The notes below the pieces were generated by a model. That model was not told where the DNA came from, ran no database searches, and was given only the letters and a program-made list of their open reading frames with translations. A stretch of 64,000 nucleotides of DNA from Anaerolineae bacterium. Its GTDB lineage: Bacteria; Chloroflexota; Anaerolineae; B4-G1; SLSP01. The stretch spans positions 6,433 through 70,432 of the forward strand of contig DAOPQD010000005.1 of assembly GCA_035347995.1 (NCBI GenBank). The letters run 5' to 3'. Position 1 is the first letter of the stretch; each line of letters opens with the position of its first letter. Positions 38,753-48,085 of this stretch are shown in pieces. The position numbers and the translations under genes were made by a program.

Positions 38753-39775
38753 TCAGAACAGCGTTCCCTGCTCGGTGCGGGTGTAGGGAAGACCCAGGTG
38801 CTCATAGGCCAGGCGCGTCGCCGTCCGACCGCGAGGCGTGCGATCGAGGAACCCCAGCTGCAAGAGATAGGGTTCCACCACGTCCATGATGGTGTCGGCT
38901 GCTTCGCCGATGGAAGCGGCGATGGTTTCCAGGCCCACGGGGCCGCCATCGAATTTCGCGATGATGGCGCGCAGCACGCGGCGGTCGAGGTCATCGAGGC
39001 CCATGGCGTCAATCTCCAGGAGCGCCAGCGCCTCGGCAGCCAGCCCGGCGGTGATGACGCCATCGCCGCGCACCTGCGCGTAATCGCGCACCCGCCGCAA
39101 CAGGCGCAGCGCCACGCGCGGCGTCCCCCGTCCGCGGCGGGCGATCTCATCGCGTCCTTCCGGCGCCATCTGCACCTTCAGCGCGCGCGCGGCCCGTTCC
39201 ACAATCTCGGCCAGCGCCGCCTGCTCGTAGAAATCAAGCCGGTAGACGGCACCAAAACGGGTGCGCAGCGGAGCCGAAAGCAGCGCCAGCCGTGTCGTCG
39301 CGCCGATGATGGTGAAGTGCGGCAGGCTCAGGCGCACCGTCCGCGCGCCGGGCCCCTGCCCAATGACGAGGTCCAGCGCGAAATCCTCCATGGCCGGATA
39401 GAGGATCTCCTCCACCACCTTGCCCAGGCGATGAATTTCATCAATGAAAAGCACTTCTTTTTCGCGCAGGTTGCTCAGAATGGCGGCGAGGTCGCCGGGG
39501 CGCTCGATGGCCGGCCCGGCGGTGATGCGAATGGGCGCGCCCATCTCGTTGGCGCAGATGTGCGCCAGGGTCGTCTTCCCCAGGCCGGGGGGACCGTAGA
39601 AGAGCGTGTGCTCGAGCGCTTCGTTGCGTCCCTGCGCCGCCGCGATAAGGATGCGGAGATTCTCACGCACGCGCTCCTGTCCGATGAGATCATCCAGGTG
39701 TTGCGGACGCAACGCCCGATCCAGGGCCGCCTCTTCCGGTTCAGCTTCGGGTGATAGATTGCGATTATGACTCAT
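38753..39775 (-). CDS. ruvB: Holliday junction branch-migration ATPase RuvB
   Basis: ...[19 protein letters not shown]...[14 protein letters not shown]...[10 protein letters not shown]... Confidence 0.95.
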   Translation of the reverse strand: MSHNRNLSPEAEPEEAALDRALRPQHLDDLIGQERVRENLRILIAAAQGRNEALEHTLFYGPPGLGKTTLAHICANEMGAPIRITAGPAIERPGDLAAILSNLREKEVLFIDEIHRLGKVVEEILYPAMEDFALDLVIGQGPGARTVRLSLPHFTIIGATTRLALLSAPLRTRFGAVYRLDFYEQAALAEIVERAARALKVQMAPEGRDEIARRGRGTPRVALRLLRRVRDYAQVRGDGVITAGLAAEALALLEIDAMGLDDLDRRVLRAIIAKFDGGPVGLETIAASIGEAADTIMDVVEPYLLQLGFLDRTPRGRTATRLAYEHLGLPYTRTEQGTLF

Positions 39776-39867
39776 CGTGTTTTCCAGTATTTGCGCACAG
39801 GTTCAGCGCCGCAGACATGCCCGCCTTCCATCCGGTTCGAGAGGACCGGGACTGCCTGAAATCGAAA

Positions 39868-40559
39868 TCAAGCCCCACACCATTCGCGGCGCAGGATGCC
39901 GTAGAGCACCATGTCGCCGACTTCCCCATCGCGGAACAGGAATTCGCGGAAAACGCCCTCGCGCCGGAAACCCAGGCGCTCGCAGTCTGTCGGAGCAAGA
40001 AATGCCATCCCTAAATTGGCGGATTTTTGCGGCAGAAGTGGGGCGCAAGGCCCGAACCAAAGGTTAAGATCGTGCTTGAGTGGGACAGCACTCCGCAAAA
40101 CGTGTTCTCCCCGACAGACTGCTCGTAGAGCGCGATTGCCGGCGCATTGTCGGCAAAGACGGTGAGCTGTACGCGGCGCAAATTGAGCTCGCGGAAGGCA
40201 AAATCCAGCCCCAGCGTCATCGCGGCATAGCCGTAGCCCTGCCCGCGATACCCCGGCTCGCCGATGCCCAGGCTGATCCAACCGGTGCCATGATTCCAGA
40301 AAATGCCGTCCACTTCCAGGTAGCCGATGAGCGCGTCGTTTTCCAGAAGCCGCACCGCAAACGGGAACGCCGTCGGCGATTGTTGCTGCTCCTCGATGTA
40401 CTTGATCACCTCGGCGACGGTTTTGGGCATCGCCGGGGAGGCGTCATACCGGCGCATGAAGTCCGCGTCCTCATACCAGCGGGCGATGAGCGGATAATCT
40501 GCCGGGGTCACTGCCGCCAGCCGTACCCGCTCATCGCGCAGGAGGGGGACACAGCTCAT
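39868..40559 (-). pseudogene. RimJ/RimL-type GNAT N-acetyltransferase gene interrupted by a 139-bp MITE insertion (frameshift and premature stop)
   Basis: The N-terminal ORF (frame A) runs from MSCVPLL... to ...AIALYEQ and then reads into the insert. The C-terminal ORF (frame B) resumes ...ERLGFRREGVFREFLFRDGEVGDMVLYGILRREW. Deleting 39983-40121 plus one CTCG restores a contiguous ...AIALYERLGFRREG... Confidence 0.8.
39983..40121. mobile_element. miniature inverted-repeat transposable element (139 bp) with 13-15 bp terminal inverted repeats CAGTCTGTCGG(A/G)G and a 4-bp target-site duplication (CTCG on the plus strand)
   Basis: Left end cagtctgtcggag (39983-39995); right end ctccccgacagactg (40107-40121). 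Flanking ctcg at 39979-39982 and 40122-40125. Confidence 0.8.
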
Positions 40560-40954
40560 GCCGCCGCCTTGGCCGGGGGTCGAGACAAGGCCCACTCCGG
40601 CGGGCGCTGCGGCAGGACATAGAGGAAATAGGTGCAGGGCAACGCCACGAGGGGTAGCACGACGCAGCCAATCCCCAGCAAGACGCGCGCCGTATCGTTG
40701 CCGGCCCGGTTCAGGATGATGTGGCTCAGGTAGAAGAGTTGCAGCGCCAGCCGGAACCACGAGCCGCCGACGGCGATGAGCATGAAGATCATGAAGATGA
40801 AGAAGAAAAGCGGCCCTGGAGTGTCGCCCCGCCCCCCCGTCAGCGGCGCGAGCGCCATCAACATCAGCCACGTGACAAACATCGCCAGCGGGTAGATCAC
40901 CACCCATAGGGTCGCGATTCCCACCAGGATCTTGAGCGGTTGCGAGAGTTTCAT
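40556..40954 (-). CDS. small integral membrane protein, function unknown
   Basis: 132-aa ORF with 4 TM helices. Its stop overlaps the GNAT start (ATGA). Confidence 0.5.
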   Translation of the reverse strand: MKLSQPLKILVGIATLWVVIYPLAMFVTWLMLMALAPLTGGRGDTPGPLFFFIFMIFMLIAVGGSWFRLALQLFYLSHIILNRAGNDTARVLLGIGCVVLPLVALPCTYFLYVLPQRPPEWALSRPPAKAAA

Positions 40955-40966
40955 AACGGCTCCTTT

Positions 40967-41383
40967 CTAAAGATGATAATCGCCCGCAGCTTCGGGCTGA
41001 TAGAGAATCTCCAGCACCCGCAGGTGACTGATGCCCGCGGGCACTTCCCATTCAAAGGTATCGCCCACGCGATATCCCAGCATGGCCATCCCGATAGGCG
41101 CGAGCACCGAAACCTTGTCCTGTGCAGGATCGGCATCCTCCGGGAAAACCAGCGTGACCGTCATCTCCTCCTCGAATTCCAAATCATACAAACGAGCTTT
41201 CGAGTTCATGGTGATGACATCCGGCGGGACCTCGGTGGGCGCGACGATCTGTGCGCGAGCCAGCTCCCCTTCCAGGCGGCGTAAGGCGTCGCGGTTGGCA
41301 TAACCGGTGCGGTGCAATTCGTCAATCAGTTCAGATAGACGGTGCTTGTCGAATTCGGTGATGTAAATAGCACGTTCGTTCAT
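40967..41383 (-). CDS. rnk: GreA/GreB-family regulator, Rnk-like (nucleoside diphosphate kinase regulator)
   Basis: 138-aa ORF with a short N-terminus and a C-terminal FKBP-like GreA domain ...VTLVFPEDADPAQDKVSVLAPIGMAMLGYRVGDTFEWEVP... Confidence 0.7.
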   Translation of the reverse strand: MNERAIYITEFDKHRLSELIDELHRTGYANRDALRRLEGELARAQIVAPTEVPPDVITMNSKARLYDLEFEEEMTVTLVFPEDADPAQDKVSVLAPIGMAMLGYRVGDTFEWEVPAGISHLRVLEILYQPEAAGDYHL

Positions 41384-41402
41384 CGAAAAACTCCCAATTC
41401 AA

Positions 41403-41894
41403 TCAATGTTGACGCAGAAACTGACCCAGGTCAGGGTTCTGCTGAATGGCAAAATTTCCATGCCCGAAGGCGTGCAGCAATCTCCGCGATTGAGGGCTGT
41501 GAAATTGGGGAGCAGAGCCGCGCGTGCAAATATACGCCTTCCAAGTCGTTTGTTGTCGAAGCGGTTGAGCATGATTAGCGTTGAAATGCGGCGCAAGCGA
41601 TTGCAGCGTGTTGATGACTTGCTCGATGGCATGCGTGATATCGCTTCCCTTCAGCTCTACAATGCAAATGGTAGTGGACGCGCTTCCCTCAGGCGTGTAG
41701 AAAACCAATAGATCGCTCAAGGCGCCGCAGATGTGCAGTTCGGCACGCAAGGCACAGGGACGATTTGTCTGATCGTCAATGGCAAACCATTTCCAAGTCT
41801 CACCCTGGCGCGGGGTAACGCGCACGACAATACCTCTTTCTCTGTAAGCATTTCCTGGGTGCCGACAGCGTTCGCGCATGGTTGAACAAGGCAT
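41403..41894 (-). CDS. hypothetical protein of 163 aa, translationally coupled partner of the AAA_21-type ATPase; low-GC islet gene
   Basis: ORF MPCSTMRERCRHPGNAYRERGIVVRVTPRQGETWKWFAIDDQ...IVELKGSDITHAIEQV... No motif recognisable by eye. GC is about 52% against about 65% in the flanks. Confidence 0.5.
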   Translation of the reverse strand: MPCSTMRERCRHPGNAYRERGIVVRVTPRQGETWKWFAIDDQTNRPCALRAELHICGALSDLLVFYTPEGSASTTICIVELKGSDITHAIEQVINTLQSLAPHFNANHAQPLRQQTTWKAYICTRGSAPQFHSPQSRRLLHAFGHGNFAIQQNPDLGQFLRQH

Positions 41895-41896
41895 CG

Positions 41897-43315
41897 TTAC
41901 TCAACCGCTCCCACAACATCAAGGACATCAAAATAAATTTGAGAAATACGGTCAGAAACCCGCCCAAAAGTGCCCCAGTCAATATCGCCCTGTTCATCCA
42001 GAATGCTGTGCGCGGTCCCCTTCTCAAAAAGGTAAACCGCAACTTGTGCCTGTGAGAGTAAGGCCGCCTCACGTTTCAGGAAGAAATGCTCAGCGGCTTC
42101 AGCAGGTCTTGGATGGCGTGCACCGGCTATCAGGTTGGCCAGGTGATCCACCACATACGGGCTATGGGTAGTGGCCATCACATTGATCCCGGCATTGACC
42201 ATCATGCCGAGGAATTCCACTAACCGTACCTGGGCTTCCGGATGAAGATTCATTTCGGGTTCATCAATCACCACTAAATCGCCTTCAGTGGCCAAATACC
42301 GCAGATAAAATACCAGCGGCGCCAATTCTTTGACCGCTGAAGAGGCTGCATTGATACCCAATGCCCCGCCAGGAATCGAGAAATGGATGCGTCGTTCGAT
42401 ACTTGGCTCCGGAGTGGAAAAGTCAACCTTTCCCCCCAATAAGTCATGTTCCAAAATTTCGGCAAGCCGCAGGTATTCGTTGATCTCAGGCTCTTGGCGC
42501 GCCTGCTGTTCCCGTTGAACGCGCGTGCCAGTCAAAAGAGCGGTCGTCATCCACCCCTGGTAAATAGTAATAGGAAAATTCACCATGGTGCGTTTTAGAT
42601 TCTCTGTCAAATCCGCATAAGATTGCATAGTCGAGCCATACCCAGGCAAGCCCCGCAATAATTGTCCAACTTGTTCTAACTGGGGGAAAAAACCACTACG
42701 TTCTGTGGGAAACGGCCAAACGAAGGCATATAAACAACGGTGTAACGCGGCAAAGATATTTCGGGCCACAAATTCACGGATGATGGTAGGATGTAGATTC
42801 GAGGCTTCGCCTTCGGTGTAAAAGTACAACGTTGTATTGCCAGTTTCTTTTAGCGCGCGCAAAACACCGCCGACCTGGTCTTTGACTTTCAGCTCAGCTA
42901 ATTTGTCCCATTTTTCTGAAGTATAATCTACTGTGACTTGTAGCTGTGTTTGTTTGAAATTGGTAACTGGCGCGCCAATCACGGTTGGGAGCCAATCTTG
43001 AGCAAGTCTGGCAATGCCGTCAAAGTACATCTCCCCATAGCGTTCCGCAAACGTCAATAAATCAACCTGAGAATTTCCTTTTCTTGATAATTCTTCAATA
43101 ATAGTTTCTATAACAGGATAATTCTCTGAAGTTTTTTGTTCTTTGAACGCATTTAAGTATTCTAACCAGCCATAACCGAATAGCCCCAGAAGGTTAGCAA
43201 TGGCATTTGCGGTCCAGGTTTTTCCCGCATTGCTAGGGCCAACAAAAATCGTCAGTGGGCGCAGTGCTATCTCGGCGTTTTCAACCGGGCCTAAATTTCT
43301 AATACTTATTTTCAT
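41897..43315 (-). CDS. AAA_15/AAA_21-family ABC-like ATPase (OLD/PtuA/AbiLi-like), candidate defence-system ATPase
   Basis: 472-aa ORF with Walker A GPSNAGKT, a Walker B/D-loop block VVIDEPEMNLHP, an H-loop TTHSPYVVD and an AT-rich sequence. It starts 14 nt after the mutS stop. Confidence 0.7.
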   Translation of the reverse strand: MKISIRNLGPVENAEIALRPLTIFVGPSNAGKTWTANAIANLLGLFGYGWLEYLNAFKEQKTSENYPVIETIIEELSRKGNSQVDLLTFAERYGEMYFDGIARLAQDWLPTVIGAPVTNFKQTQLQVTVDYTSEKWDKLAELKVKDQVGGVLRALKETGNTTLYFYTEGEASNLHPTIIREFVARNIFAALHRCLYAFVWPFPTERSGFFPQLEQVGQLLRGLPGYGSTMQSYADLTENLKRTMVNFPITIYQGWMTTALLTGTRVQREQQARQEPEINEYLRLAEILEHDLLGGKVDFSTPEPSIERRIHFSIPGGALGINAASSAVKELAPLVFYLRYLATEGDLVVIDEPEMNLHPEAQVRLVEFLGMMVNAGINVMATTHSPYVVDHLANLIAGARHPRPAEAAEHFFLKREAALLSQAQVAVYLFEKGTAHSILDEQGDIDWGTFGRVSDRISQIYFDVLDVVGAVE

Positions 43316-43329
43316 GATTTTTACTTTCT

Positions 43330-45972
43330 CTACTTCCGCGACTTGCGCCCCTTAGGTTCCCCCGTCACGAGCCGCTGCCACTCGTACAATTTGGTCAGCG
43401 CCTCGAGTGGGGTGAGGCTGTTCACATCCAGCGTGCGCAGCGCCTCGATCACGGGGTGCTCTTTGGCGATGAGCAGCGGCTGGAACGGTTCCGGTTCCGC
43501 CGCGCCGGGCCGAAATTCGCCGCTCTCCAGCTGCACCAGCAACGCCTCGGCGCGATGGACGACCGGCGCGGGCACGCCCGCCAACCGCGCGACGTGAATG
43601 CCATAAGAGCGATCCGCCCCTCCCGGCGCCACCCGGTGCAGAAAAACCACGTCCTTCCCCTCTTCGACCACCGCCAGGTTGAAGTTACGGACGTGCGGGA
43701 GATGCTCTTCCATCTCGATGAGCTCGTGGTAGTGCGTGGCGAACAGGGTGCGCGCCCGGCGCTCCGGGTGATTGTGAAGATATTCTACCACAGCCCACGC
43801 AATTGCCATCCCGTCATAGGTGCTCGTGCCGCGCCCGATCTCGTCCAGAACCAGCAGGCTTTGCGGTGTGGCGTGATTGAGAATCGCGGCCGTTTCCACC
43901 ATCTCCACCATGAATGTGGATTGTCCCGCCGCCAGCTCGTCGGAGGCACCGATGCGCGTGAAGATGCGATCCGCTATGCCGATCTGCGCCGCGTCCGCCG
44001 GCACAAAACTGCCGATTTGCGCCATCAACACGATGAGTGCGCTTTGACGAAGGAACACTGATTTCCCGGCCATGTTAGGGCCGGTGATGATGTGGATCCG
44101 ACTGTCCTCATCCATCCGCAAGTCGTTGGGGACAAAGGGCGTCTTGAGCGTGCGTTCCACCACGGGATGCCGCCCGGCGCGGATATCGAGCACTGGCGCG
44201 GACGTGAGGGTGGGACGGACGTAGTGATAACGCGCGGCGACTTCCGCCAGCGCCGCCGCCACATCGAGCCGGGCCAGCGCCGCGGCGAGTGCCAGCAGCT
44301 CCGCCGCGTGAGCGGCCACCTGCGCACAGAGCTCGCGGAACAGCCGCGCCTCCAGCTCGTTGATGCGCTCCTCGGCATTGAGCACCAGGCTTTCGTATTC
44401 TTTGAGCTCCGGCGTGATGTAGCGCTCCGCGTTGACCAACGTCTGTTTGCGGATGTAATCCGCCGGCACGGCCCCGGCATTGGCGTGCGTGACCTCGATG
44501 TAGTAGCCAAAGACCTTATTGTAGCCCACCTTCAGGGTCTTGATGCCCGTGCGCGCGCGTTCCTTGCCCTCCAGGGCAGCGATCCACTCACGGGCGTCCC
44601 GGCTCGCCAGGATGATGCCATCGAGTTCGGCGGAAAAGCCGGGGCGGATGAGGCCGCCGCCATTCGCCTGCGGCGGGGGGTCGTCTACCAGCGCCGCCGC
44701 GATGAGCGCGGCCACCTCGGGCAAGGGCGCCAGGCCTTCGGTCAGCGCCGCAAAGCCCGGGGGCGCAGTCCGCGCCTCTGCCACGAGGGCGCACAGCTCA
44801 GGCACCGTCTCCAGCGCGGCGCGGATGCCGACGAGGTCACGAGGAGGCGCTTTCCCCGCCGTGACGCGATTGACCATCCGCTCCAGGTCGGGGACTGGTT
44901 TGAGCAAACGGCGCACGGAGGCCCGCAACAAGCCCTCTTCCACCAGCCCCTGCACCTGATCCAGGCGCGTCTCCAGGGCGGTGATGTCGAGCAACGGACG
45001 TTGCAGCCGGTGCAGCAGCAGCCGGCCGCCCATCGCCGTCAACGTCATATCGAGCACCCCCAGCAACGAACCGTGCTTCTCGCCGCGCAAGGTCTCCGTG
45101 AGTTCCAGATTGCGCCACGTCGCCGGATCCATCGCCATGAAGTGCCCGGTCGAATACGTCATCAGCCCCACGATCTGCGGCAGCATCCCCTGCTGCGTCT
45201 CCTGCAGATACGCCAGGATCGCGCCGGCAGCCCGCACCGCCAGCGGCTTGCCCTCGCAGCCGAAGCCCTCCAGCGTGCGCACCCCGAAATGTTCCAGGAG
45301 CGTTTGCCGCGCGGTCGTCTCCTCGAAGCGGTAAGCGGCCCACGGCGTGAAATGCGCCGGCAACGACCCGGCGAGCGCCTCTTCGGGGGATGTTTCTGGC
45401 TGATCGGAAGCGCGCTCCTTCCACGAGCCGACCTTGGGGAAAAGCACCTCACGCGGCTGAAGGCGCGCCAATTCCTGCCGCGCCGCCGCGAGGATGTCGC
45501 CATCCTCGCTGAGCTGGGTCGCGCCGAACTCGCCGGTGGAAATCTCCGCGTAGGCGATGCCCGCGCGTTCGCCCTCGATCACCACAGCGGCGAGGTAATT
45601 CGGACGTTTCTCGTCGAGCAGTGCCGGCTCGATGAGCGTGCCGGGCGTGACAACGCGCTCGATGCGGCGCTCCATCGGCCCACGACCGTCAGGCTCGCCT
45701 ACCTGCTCGGCAAGCGCCACACGATAGCCTTTCTCGATGAGGCGGGCGACGTAGTTTTCTACCGCGTGATAGGGCACCCCCGCCATCGGAATGCGCACGC
45801 CCTTCGCCACCGGGCGCGAGGTGAGGACAATATCCAGCTCCCCGGCCACCAGTTCGGCGTCGGCGTCGAAGGTCTCATAGAAATCGCCCAGCCGGAAGAA
45901 CAGGATAGTGTCCGGATAGCGGGCTTTCAATTCCAAATATTGCTTGCGGATGGGGGTCGTGTCTTCACTCAT
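43330..45972 (-). CDS. mutS: DNA mismatch repair protein MutS; start placed at MSEDTTPIRKQY
   Basis: ...TPIRKQYLELKARYPDTILFFRLGDFYETF..., GPNMAGKS, TH(Y)HEL. Confidence 0.95.
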   Translation of the reverse strand: MSEDTTPIRKQYLELKARYPDTILFFRLGDFYETFDADAELVAGELDIVLTSRPVAKGVRIPMAGVPYHAVENYVARLIEKGYRVALAEQVGEPDGRGPMERRIERVVTPGTLIEPALLDEKRPNYLAAVVIEGERAGIAYAEISTGEFGATQLSEDGDILAAARQELARLQPREVLFPKVGSWKERASDQPETSPEEALAGSLPAHFTPWAAYRFEETTARQTLLEHFGVRTLEGFGCEGKPLAVRAAGAILAYLQETQQGMLPQIVGLMTYSTGHFMAMDPATWRNLELTETLRGEKHGSLLGVLDMTLTAMGGRLLLHRLQRPLLDITALETRLDQVQGLVEEGLLRASVRRLLKPVPDLERMVNRVTAGKAPPRDLVGIRAALETVPELCALVAEARTAPPGFAALTEGLAPLPEVAALIAAALVDDPPPQANGGGLIRPGFSAELDGIILASRDAREWIAALEGKERARTGIKTLKVGYNKVFGYYIEVTHANAGAVPADYIRKQTLVNAERYITPELKEYESLVLNAEERINELEARLFRELCAQVAAHAAELLALAAALARLDVAAALAEVAARYHYVRPTLTSAPVLDIRAGRHPVVERTLKTPFVPNDLRMDEDSRIHIITGPNMAGKSVFLRQSALIVLMAQIGSFVPADAAQIGIADRIFTRIGASDELAAGQSTFMVEMVETAAILNHATPQSLLVLDEIGRGTSTYDGMAIAWAVVEYLHNHPERRARTLFATHYHELIEMEEHLPHVRNFNLAVVEEGKDVVFLHRVAPGGADRSYGIHVARLAGVPAPVVHRAEALLVQLESGEFRPGAAEPEPFQPLLIAKEHPVIEALRTLDVNSLTPLEALTKLYEWQRLVTGEPKGRKSRK

Positions 45973-46128
45973 ACGCGCATTATACCCGTGGGATAAAAAT
46001 CGGGCAAGAATCACCGGAGGGCAAAATCGCTCTGGGGGGGCGCAGTCGCCCGTGACGTCTCGACGCGGGATAACCAACAGTCCCCCTGAAGCGCTCCAGG
46101 GGGACTATCTTGAGGATCAAGGGGACGG

Positions 46129-46668
46129 CTATTCGGGCAAGTGCAATTCCTGACCCACGCGGATGAGGTTGGGGTCCTTGATCTGATCGCGGTTGAGTTC
46201 GAAGATCTCCGGCCAGCGGGCGGCGCTGCCCAGCTGTTCCCTGGCGATCTTGCTCAGGCTGTCGCCGGGCTTGACCACATAAGTCCGCTTTTTAGCCTCC
46301 GCGGCAGCCTGGACCGCTGCAGCGCGTTCCTCCGCAATCCGGGCTGCTTCCTCAGCCAGCTGCTTCTCCAACTCCTGTTTGCGCGCCGCCGCTTCCGCCT
46401 CGAACTTCGCATGGGAAGCCGCCACACGCGCCTGAGCCTCAGCGGCCTTAACGGCCTCTTCGGCCTCTTTAGCCTTGCGCTCCGCTTCAGCCGCCCGCGC
46501 CTCAGCGAGTTGACGCAAGGCCGCTTCACGCGCCGCTTCAGCCTTGGCTTCTTCCGCGGCCTTGGCAGCTTCTGCAGCGGCCTCTTTCTCATCGCGCGTG
46601 GTCAGCGCATCAACAGCCCTGTCAAACAACCCGGGCTTCTTTTTTTTCTCCTCTTCAGCCATTTCCAT
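46129..46668 (-). CDS. LysM-domain protein with an N-terminal Ala/Glu/Lys-rich coiled-coil region
   Basis: C-terminal LysM YVVKPGDSLSKIAREQLGSAARWPEIFELNRDQIKDPNLIRVGQELHLP. Confidence 0.75.
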   Translation of the reverse strand: MEMAEEEKKKKPGLFDRAVDALTTRDEKEAAAEAAKAAEEAKAEAAREAALRQLAEARAAEAERKAKEAEEAVKAAEAQARVAASHAKFEAEAAARKQELEKQLAEEAARIAEERAAAVQAAAEAKKRTYVVKPGDSLSKIAREQLGSAARWPEIFELNRDQIKDPNLIRVGQELHLPE

Positions 46669-46713
46669 TCCTCCTCTACTAAAATGTTTGATCGTATGAA
46701 GTATGAACTGGAA

Positions 46714-47529
46714 CTACTTGCGACCCAGAAAAGCCTGCAACATACTCTGCGCGATCAGGCTACCCGCTGCGGCGCGCGGCGTCACAGGTTTCTGAGTCTG
46801 CCCACCCAACAAGGCTTTGATCAAAGCCTGCTGCATGGCCTGTGAAGAGTCGGCGCCCGTCTGCCGGGCCTGGAAGTAAGCGATGCCGGCAGGGAGCAAC
46901 CGCTCCAGTACCTCCCCCAGGTCAAGGGTGTCGTCCTGAGCGGGAGCCGTTGGCTGCGCCGGCGGGGGAGGCGCCGTCTGTGAGGGCGACACGCCTATCA
47001 GCCCCTTCAACAGATCCATCAAGCTCCCGCCTGACGTAGGTTGCGGCTCAGGAGCTGGCTCCGGCTGCGCCTGCCGGGCACCGGCCATGCCCAACACCAT
47101 ATCGAGCACGCTTTCCGTCGGCTGCCCTTCCTGCGGATTGCCGGTTGCCGGCACAGCTCCCAGAAGCGATTCGATCAACGTCATCACGTCGCCCTGTTCC
47201 AGCGACGTATGTCCACCCAGCTTTTGGGCGGCCTGAGCTAAACCCTGGCTGTAATAAGGGCTGGTTCCACCTCGCCCCTGCACCTGCAACGTCTCAGCGG
47301 CGCGCTGCAGCGCCTCAGCAGGCGGTTTGTCTCCCTGCGAGGACAGCGCCCCGGTGATGATTTGCAGGTTCTGCACCATATTGTCGCCGTGATTGCCATT
47401 GAAACCATCCAGCGCATTGATTTCTTCTCGCTGCGCCGCCACACTGCGAAGTGCGGCTCCAAAAAGGTCGGCAAGAGTTGGGGAAGTTTGTGATTTAACC
47501 GTCTCTGACATAGCGCCTCCATCACTCAT
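46714..47529 (-). CDS. hypothetical protein, Gly/Pro/Gln-rich, no recognisable domain
   Basis: 271-aa ORF with typical coding GC; its start faces an AT-rich promoter region. Confidence 0.45.
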   Translation of the reverse strand: MSDGGAMSETVKSQTSPTLADLFGAALRSVAAQREEINALDGFNGNHGDNMVQNLQIITGALSSQGDKPPAEALQRAAETLQVQGRGGTSPYYSQGLAQAAQKLGGHTSLEQGDVMTLIESLLGAVPATGNPQEGQPTESVLDMVLGMAGARQAQPEPAPEPQPTSGGSLMDLLKGLIGVSPSQTAPPPPAQPTAPAQDDTLDLGEVLERLLPAGIAYFQARQTGADSSQAMQQALIKALLGGQTQKPVTPRAAAGSLIAQSMLQAFLGRK

Positions 47530-47835
47530 CGCTCTGAAAGAAGAACAGTGGCGTGCCAGACGTCACCCTGGCGAACTTTGACTGCAGGAGTAACAACGTT
47601 ACCTTCATCTTAGCGGAGTTCATAATAATGTCAATACCCCGGACATCAATTCAAAATGCATTATTTTAACATATAACAAAATATCCCATGGCCCCGACGT
47701 CTCAAGAAGCCCGCCCGGCGCCGGGGCGACTTTCTCCGGGATGTTTCTGCGACCACAGCCGATACACCCAGCAATAGCCTTTGTAGAGGTAACTGTTCAG
47801 CCACTGACTAAAAAACGCAAGATTTCCTGGTGATC

Positions 47836-48085
47836 GCTGAAGATTGAGAATCAACTTTTGCCCCCTATCCCCTGGCCCCTTCCCCCCGCGCGCGGGGGGA
47901 AGGGGAACTTTTTTTGTGGGGTTTTGCAGGCGGGCTACGCCCGCCTGCAAAACCCCTTATTTTTTCTCCCCCTCCCCAACGGCGCAAACGCCGTTGGGGA
48001 GGGGGCAGGGGGTGGGGCAAAAGCTACAGCTTACAAAGGTTCATCCATCGCCGTCGAGCTACCTGGCGCCAGGCTGAACAGTCAC
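47836..48085 (+). repeat. copy 2 of the structured intergenic hairpin repeat element, carrying an extra 40-nt hairpin module; its last bases supply the stop codon of the pentapeptide-repeat gene
   Basis: See the copy at 13459-13659. The additional module is ggggttttgcaggcgggc-tac-gcccgcctgcaaaacccc. Confidence 0.8.

Noticed and set aside
44092-45996. 634-aa plus-strand ORF
   Set aside because: Antisense to mutS.
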